Origin: an uncultured archaeon
GTDB taxonomy: Archaea; Asgardarchaeota; Lokiarchaeia; Sigyniarchaeales; Promethearchaeaceae
DNA length: 32,000 nt
Reading direction: 5' to 3'
NCBI GenBank assembly: GCA_964426185.1
Contig: CAYRPF010000021.1
Coordinates: 8,777-40,776 of the forward strand
A model generated the notes under the pieces. It was not told the origin of the DNA. It saw only the letters and a program-made list of their open reading frames with translations, and searched no databases. The translations under genes and the position numbers were made by a program. Shown here in pieces: positions 26,452 through 32,000 of this stretch. Every line of letters begins with the position of its first letter. Within the stretch, counting starts at the first letter, position 1.

Positions 26452-26922
26452 TTATTGATTAATTTTCACCCTATAGTCATTTATAATTTTAGTTTTAACC
26501 GAGTTGGCTAAGGGACATCGTTTTTCAGCAATTTCTAAAATTCTTTGTGCTTTCTTTGGATTGCTCCCCGCCGGTATGGTTAAAGTTATTGTCTGGTGAA
26601 TTTCCGTCATCATTTTGACATCGTCCACTACATCCATTATACCTTCTGTTTGAATCTCTAAATTATCGTATCGAAAATTGGAATTGGATGCAACTACACT
26701 AAATGTGGTGAAAAGACACCCCGAAAGAGCTCCCAAATAAAGATCTTCCGGTGTGTGATAGATTTCTAATCCTTCATCATTTTTTGGGCCATTATATCCT
26801 ATTGGAAGTTGTATTGTTATAGGTTGAAGATCATTTCTAACATATATTGTGTTTACTCGATTCAACACGTTCTCAGAGGGTTGATCCGTTATATTCTGAT
26901 GCATTGTAATATGAAATTTCAT
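26452..26922 (-). CDS. OsmC/Ohr family protein
   Basis: TPEDLYLGALSGCLFTTF and AEKRCPLANS carry the two conserved Cys. Confidence 0.88.
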   Translation of the reverse strand: MKFHITMHQNITDQPSENVLNRVNTIYVRNDLQPITIQLPIGYNGPKNDEGLEIYHTPEDLYLGALSGCLFTTFSVVASNSNFRYDNLEIQTEGIMDVVDDVKMMTEIHQTITLTIPAGSNPKKAQRILEIAEKRCPLANSVKTKIINDYRVKINQ

Positions 26923-27096
26923 AAATCATCGGGAAGCGAAAGGTGCACACCATTTAAGAAAATTACTTTTACAAGTTAAAATTGAAAATGGTTAGAATCC
27001 CAATATTTTTATCGTTATATTTAGATTTCTCGAACAAATAGAATAAATGAACAAAAAATTTTAATAAAATGCACATATTTCTTATTCGATTTCATT

Positions 27097-27984
27097 ATGG
27101 GCTTTGACTATGCGAATGATCCAAAAGAAACCTATCCTATTATCAAATGGGATATTATTGTAAATATCTTGTTCTTCTCTGCTTGGATGTGGTTTAAAGG
27201 TAATTTAATTTTCCAAATTGTGGCTGTTTTCCTCTTTTTACAAGCTTATATTGTTTCATACTATATATTTCACTATTATAAGTACGATATTCCAATAGTC
27301 TTAGTTTTAATCAGTATTTTTCTATGGCTTATTTTTTTTGTATTAAATTCTCTACTTGGAGAAGTGTATAACGCATTTCTTTTTATTTGTATTGCATTTA
27401 CTATTTATGCGGTGTTTAGTTTTGTTATTCGCAGTAAGAATTATAAAGCCTATCTTAAAGCCAATGGTCCACAACCTTGTCCTATTTGTGGAATGGAAAA
27501 ATGGGAGCATGTGTTTCATTTAGGTCAAGATATGTGTAGAGATTGTTTTGAAAAGCGAGCATTATCTCAAGTTTATTACCATGATTCATTAATTTTTCAA
27601 TGGGACTATGATGTATTAATGTTTATTGAAAAAGAATTGGGGAAGGAAATTCCTGCTTTAGATCCGGTTTTAAATTATACAAACCCGACACAAATTAATC
27701 CCGATGAATTATTCGGATTTGTGTTAGAAGATCGAAATATCACCCGCCTTTACTTGAATAATCAGAAACTCAGACATCTTCCTCCATTTATTGGTCTTCT
27801 TATTGATTTGAGGGAACTTCACTTAAAAAATAATAAATTAGCTTCTCTACCTTCTTCAATATTTGATTTGGTCCGCTTAAGATTACTTGATTATCGTCAA
27901 AACCCAATCAAATTTCGAACAGGTGAAATCGAACGAGCTTTGTTAAATCTCATGAAGCGGGGTTGTGAAATTTTAGAAGATTAA
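27097..27984 (+). CDS. Membrane protein with CxxC-CxxC zinc finger and C-terminal leucine-rich repeats
   Basis: Four N-terminal hydrophobic helices; CPIC...CRDC; ITRLYLNNQKLRHLP, LRELHLKNNKLASLP, LRLLDYRQNPI. Confidence 0.82.
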   Translation: MGFDYANDPKETYPIIKWDIIVNILFFSAWMWFKGNLIFQIVAVFLFLQAYIVSYYIFHYYKYDIPIVLVLISIFLWLIFFVLNSLLGEVYNAFLFICIAFTIYAVFSFVIRSKNYKAYLKANGPQPCPICGMEKWEHVFHLGQDMCRDCFEKRALSQVYYHDSLIFQWDYDVLMFIEKELGKEIPALDPVLNYTNPTQINPDELFGFVLEDRNITRLYLNNQKLRHLPPFIGLLIDLRELHLKNNKLASLPSSIFDLVRLRLLDYRQNPIKFRTGEIERALLNLMKRGCEILED

Positions 27985-28021
27985 TTATTTGTTGCTCTAA
28001 AATAAGGAAAGATTAAAAAAA

Positions 28022-28765
28022 TTATTGCTTTGCTTGGTTTGCTACTTTTTTAGTTGCTTTTTCAATCTCTGCTTGATCACCTAAATAATAATGGCGAATT
28101 GGGTGTAAATTTTCATTCAATTCATAAACCAATGGAAATCCAGTAGGAATGTTGAGATGTGGAATTTTTTCTTCACTAACATTATCTAAATACTTAACAA
28201 TTGCCCTTAGACTATTTCCATGGGCAACAATTATCAATTTTTTATTTTTTTTGATTTCTGGCACTATCACATCATTCCAATATGGTAAAACTCGCGCAAC
28301 CACATCTTTCAAACATTCAGTAGCTGGAAGATTTTCCTTTGGAACATCAGCATACTTCGATTCATGGATGGGATGTCGTTTATCATCAAAATCTAATGGT
28401 GGTGGAGGCACATCGTAACTCCGTCGCCAGATGAAAACTTGATCTTGACCATGCTTCTTAGCAGTTTCAGATTTATTCAATCCTTGCAAAGCACCGTAAT
28501 GTCGTTCATTTAATCTCCAGTGACGGATTACAGGAACCCACATCAAGTCTAATTCATCCATAACTAACCACATGGTTCTAATTGCGCGTTTAAGGACCGA
28601 AGTGAACATAATATCGAAAGTGAACCCAGCTTCTTTTAAAAGATTTCCAGCCCGTTTAGCTTCCTCGTATCCATTGGTCGATAAATCAACATCAGTCCAC
28701 CCAGTAAATTTATTTTCCAAATTCCAAGTTGACTCTCCATGTCGCAAGAAAACAATTTTATACAT
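28022..28765 (-). CDS. gpmA: 2,3-bisphosphoglycerate-dependent phosphoglycerate mutase
   Basis: [47 protein letters not shown]. Confidence 0.97.
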   Translation of the reverse strand: MYKIVFLRHGESTWNLENKFTGWTDVDLSTNGYEEAKRAGNLLKEAGFTFDIMFTSVLKRAIRTMWLVMDELDLMWVPVIRHWRLNERHYGALQGLNKSETAKKHGQDQVFIWRRSYDVPPPPLDFDDKRHPIHESKYADVPKENLPATECLKDVVARVLPYWNDVIVPEIKKNKKLIIVAHGNSLRAIVKYLDNVSEEKIPHLNIPTGFPLVYELNENLHPIRHYYLGDQAEIEKATKKVANQAKQ

Positions 28766-28901
28766 TGTAAATCCAAATAAAAAAAGGAATTAAAGGGCTA
28801 TAATTTTTATCTTCACACATTTATTGAAGTAATTTCAGAATACAATTTTTTTTTCTAGAACCACAAAATTTTTCAATTATATAGGTTAACTTATCCTATA
28901 G

Positions 28902-29912
28902 ATGGAAACTAAAAAAGTTAAAGATCATGAAACACAAATTCAATATTCAAGTGATTCTCTAGTTCGTGATGATTTCCATAAGCGTGAAGATATAAAAAAT
29001 AAGATTTTTTCCCTATCTGAGCGGAATCTTTTTTCTATTTTAGTTTTTTTCTATCTTGGATGGATATTTATAAGCGCATTTTTATTTGCACATCCGCTGA
29101 TACTATTAAGTTTTCTTCTAATTCTCTTAATCTTTGTAAAAATAATGCGAATTGGTAGAAAAGTGGCTTGGGTCAGTAAAATGATCGCATATATTGCCGT
29201 TTTCATGCTGATAATCAATGTATTATTGAATCCATTTGGCGATCATTTAGTTTTACTTATTTGGCAACCGAATAAATTCCTTCCTGAAATGAATATCACA
29301 ATTGAAAACTTGATTGGATCCTTCATAAATATCCTAAGGTTGACGATAGTAATCTATTCCTTTGCAATATTCAATATTTTAGTCAATAATGATGATCTAC
29401 TTCGCATTCTGCTGAAATTTAGATTCCCACCTAAATTAATAATTTTGATAACTCTTTCTCTGAAATTTTTTCCCCTAATGACCAGAGATTATGAGCATTT
29501 ATATGAGATATCTAAACTAAATGCAAGATCTGAAGAATATAACTATAAATCTAAACGTGCAAAGATAAATCTTCAAGGTGAATTATTACTTCCCTTACTT
29601 ACTAATTCCTTAGAACGCTCTATTCAAGTGGCTCAAGCCTTGGATATACGGGCTTTTGGATTTTCTAAAAATAGGACTAGTTTTATCAAATTTCGAGTAA
29701 ATAAATGGGATATCTTAGTAATATTTGGTATAATTATTCAAATATCTACTACATTTTATTTTCTTATCGATAATTGGGAGAATTACCCTATCTATCCAAA
29801 TTATTTAACAAATCTTATTTCTATTGAAATTGGTATAATATCTATTGCATTTTCTCTGCTAAACTTGCTGATAGTATTTTCTTTTACAAAATCCAGGAGG
29901 GATTCGAATTGA
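28902..29912 (+). CDS. ecfT: ECF transporter transmembrane (T) component
   Basis: HPL near N-terminus, LKFFPLM, NARS, PLLTNSLERS...ALDIRAF (two Arg motifs); adjacent to the ECF ATPase. Confidence 0.82.
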   Translation: METKKVKDHETQIQYSSDSLVRDDFHKREDIKNKIFSLSERNLFSILVFFYLGWIFISAFLFAHPLILLSFLLILLIFVKIMRIGRKVAWVSKMIAYIAVFMLIINVLLNPFGDHLVLLIWQPNKFLPEMNITIENLIGSFINILRLTIVIYSFAIFNILVNNDDLLRILLKFRFPPKLIILITLSLKFFPLMTRDYEHLYEISKLNARSEEYNYKSKRAKINLQGELLLPLLTNSLERSIQVAQALDIRAFGFSKNRTSFIKFRVNKWDILVIFGIIIQISTTFYFLIDNWENYPIYPNYLTNLISIEIGIISIAFSLLNLLIVFSFTKSRRDSN

Positions 29913-31624
29913 TAGAAATCCAAGATTTCTCATTTAAATACAATAATTGCGAATCCACCATCTTGAATCATTTAAATATTACAATCAAGCCAGGAGAATT
30001 TATTTTAGTTTTAGGTTCTTCAGGTAGTGGAAAATCTACACTACTTCGTGCCTTAAATGGATTAATTCCACATTTTTTCGGAGGAATTTATGAAGGAGAA
30101 ATAATTATTAATGGGAAAAATCCAGGAATAATTCCCCCCCATAAGCTTGCAAAAGAGGTTGGATTTCTATTTCAAAATCCGGAAAATCAGATTCTCATGG
30201 ATAAAGTTTATTCTGAATTAATATTCGGATTAGAAAATCTGGAGATACCTAGAAATGAAATAATTTCCCGGTTAGAAGATGCCGTATCCGTGTATAATTT
30301 GGAGCCTTTAATGGATAAGATTACATTTACTTTGTCCGGTGGTCAAAAACAGTTAGTTGCGTTAGCCTCGGTTTTATCTATGCAACCGAAAGTTCTTTTA
30401 TTGGATGAACCGACATCGGAGCTGGATCCGTTTGCGCGTGAGAAATTCTTGAAATTTCTTGTAGAGCAGCAAAAATTGCACAATTTCACGATTATTATGG
30501 TAGAGCACAACATAGAAAATATTATCTCTTATGCAACTCGTATTATTTATTTAAACCGAGGAAAGATTGCTTTTGATGGTTTTCCCGAAGAATTTTTCAG
30601 GTTATTTTTCCAAAATCCGAGTATTCCCAAACCTCCAGTGCTTGAATTAGTCCATCGAATTAGGCAAATAGAAAGATTTAATTTAATAGATTTAGACAAA
30701 GAAGATCAATTTCTCCCCTTATCAGCACAAGACTTTGCCAGCCAATATAAAAATCTTAAACATTTAACCCCACTTCTTAAATTTATTGAGAAGACCTCAA
30801 TCGATTCAGTAAATTCTTGTTTGGAGAATTCCAAATCAACTCCTATACTTGAAATTAAGAATTTAGCCTTTGCTTATGACCCAGATAACTTAGTGTTGTC
30901 AGATATCTCATTTTCATGTATGGAAGGCGATGTAATTTGTTTAATGGGTAGAAATGGTTGCGGAAAAACCACTCTGCTAAAAAATATAGCGGGAATCCTC
31001 CATCCAAATAACGGAAAAATATCTATGGGTCCCAAAAATGCATATGAAGAAAAGCAAAAAACTAATTATCATCCAATTGGATTTGTTTTTCAAAATCCGA
31101 CAATGCAATTTTATCGAGATACCGTTTTTGAAGAATTAGATGCCCGGGTGCATAAATCTATTAAAAATAAAAGAAAAAGAGATGAAAAAATTAAACATAT
31201 TCTGGAATTTTTTCACTTAAGCCAATATATCCGTCAATATCCAAGATTCCTTTCTTTAGGGGAACAACAGAGATTAGCTCTGGCTTGTGCGCTAATAAAT
31301 GAACCTTCCATTCTTCTATTAGATGAACCCACCCATGGTATGGATTTTGAACAAAAAAATCGCCTTATTCACTACATTCAGAAAATTCAGAAAGAGAAGT
31401 GCACCGTTATAATTGCCACTCATGAAATTTCTTTGGTAACTTCACTTAAGTCTCGGGTTTTATACATGGATGAAAACACCATTAAATGGAAAGGTTTACC
31501 TCGAGAAATTCTACCTGAACGAACTCCTTTTAAAACTCAGATAAATATAGCCATGAATTTAATTTTTGAAAAGCAAACTCCGTTTTTGACGGTACAAGAT
31601 GTAATGGAGGCAATAGAAAATTAA
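29909..31624 (+). CDS. ECF transporter fused dual ATPase
   Basis: Two ABC domains: GSSGSGKST/FQNPENQ/LSGGQKQ/LLLDEPT and GRNGCGKTT/FQNP/LSLGEQQR/LLLDEPT; TTG start 8 nt after GGAGG. Confidence 0.92.
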   Translation: MIEIQDFSFKYNNCESTILNHLNITIKPGEFILVLGSSGSGKSTLLRALNGLIPHFFGGIYEGEIIINGKNPGIIPPHKLAKEVGFLFQNPENQILMDKVYSELIFGLENLEIPRNEIISRLEDAVSVYNLEPLMDKITFTLSGGQKQLVALASVLSMQPKVLLLDEPTSELDPFAREKFLKFLVEQQKLHNFTIIMVEHNIENIISYATRIIYLNRGKIAFDGFPEEFFRLFFQNPSIPKPPVLELVHRIRQIERFNLIDLDKEDQFLPLSAQDFASQYKNLKHLTPLLKFIEKTSIDSVNSCLENSKSTPILEIKNLAFAYDPDNLVLSDISFSCMEGDVICLMGRNGCGKTTLLKNIAGILHPNNGKISMGPKNAYEEKQKTNYHPIGFVFQNPTMQFYRDTVFEELDARVHKSIKNKRKRDEKIKHILEFFHLSQYIRQYPRFLSLGEQQRLALACALINEPSILLLDEPTHGMDFEQKNRLIHYIQKIQKEKCTVIIATHEISLVTSLKSRVLYMDENTIKWKGLPREILPERTPFKTQINIAMNLIFEKQTPFLTVQDVMEAIEN

Positions 31625-32000
31625 GAAATCCTATTATTTATTGGTTTTACTGGTAATTTATAGCGTTTTACTATTGATTTTTCCCGAACTAGTTACTTGG
31701 CAATTTATCGGTTTATCTTCTCCCCTTCTTGGTGTAATTTTAAACGTAATACTATATTTTTTTCTGATTCTGATTGGTATCTATTTCAGATTAGAGGAAA
31801 CAGCATTAACCTCCAAAGAAATTACTTTAATCGCAATTTACAGTGCGTTTACGGCTGTAGCTCGTATTCCATTTGTAGCATTACCTAATGTACAACCTTG
31901 TTCATTTCTCATTTTTTCAGCAGGTATTGCCTTTGGACCATTAATAGGGTTTATGATCGGCGCGAATACTGCTGTAATATCAAATATGTTTTTAGGTCAG
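31620..32000 (+). CDS. ECF transporter substrate-binding (S) component, CbrT-like, 3'-truncated
   Basis: Not in the ORF track because it runs off the window. My translation: ...TSKEITLIAIYSAFTAVARIPFVALPNVQPCSFLIFSAGIAFGPLIGFMIGANTAVISNMFLGQ. Start is ATT 31620 or TTG 31641. Confidence 0.82.
   Translation, partial: MKKSYYLLVLLVIYSVLLLIFPELVTWQFIGLSSPLLGVILNVILYFFLILIGIYFRLEETALTSKEITLIAIYSAFTAVARIPFVALPNVQPCSFLIFSAGIAFGPLIGFMIGANTAVISNMFLGQ

Noticed and set aside
422-28793. Many short ORFs in the track (e.g. 422..619, 647..838, 1431..1715, 5308..5514, 5736..5954, 7085..7348, 9651..9914, 11588..11851, 20289..20588, 22702..22998, 28149..28418)
   Set aside because: They are antisense or off-frame shadows of well-supported genes and have no recognisable motifs.
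31697-31888. 63-aa ORF at the window end
   Set aside because: Off-frame overlap with the ECF S-component reading frame.
1-32000. tRNA, rRNA, CRISPR arrays, transposases, integrases
   Set aside because: Spacers are short and AT-rich with no cloverleaf or regularly spaced repeats, and no ORF shows transposase or recombinase motifs. This was checked by eye only.

Overview
AT-rich, gene-dense chromosomal window with about 27 protein-coding genes and no recognisable rRNA, tRNA, CRISPR array or transposase. The gene content points to an Asgard archaeon, most likely Lokiarchaeia (inference, not a database result). It combines archaeal markers (PINA ATPase, tRNA-splicing endonuclease subunit), eukaryote-signature proteins (gelsolin domain, membrane-anchored LRR protein, rhomboid with a winged-helix tail, HTH-V4R-like regulator), peptide catabolism (PepT, PepD), bacterial-type glycolytic enzymes (class II Fba, GpmA), a thiol/persulfide set (CoADR-rhodanese-TusA-DsrE fusion, second CoADR, OsmC, DsrE) and ABC/MFS/ECF transporters. 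The best candidates for something new are: (1) a gelsolin-domain protein with an unknown second domain and a WH2/headpiece-like tail behind an A13 tract, downstream of a macrodomain gene; (2) a divergent DapA-like lyase paired with an unassigned probable TIM-barrel enzyme; (3) a GT-C glycosyltransferase/rhomboid/PepD unit; (4) degenerate or stripped proteins, namely a CCG-domain protein lacking nearly all cluster cysteines, an EndA lacking catalytic Tyr/His and a PINA lacking the KH domain; (5) two terminator-like hairpins sharing a CACAC loop. All family calls are by eye from motifs.
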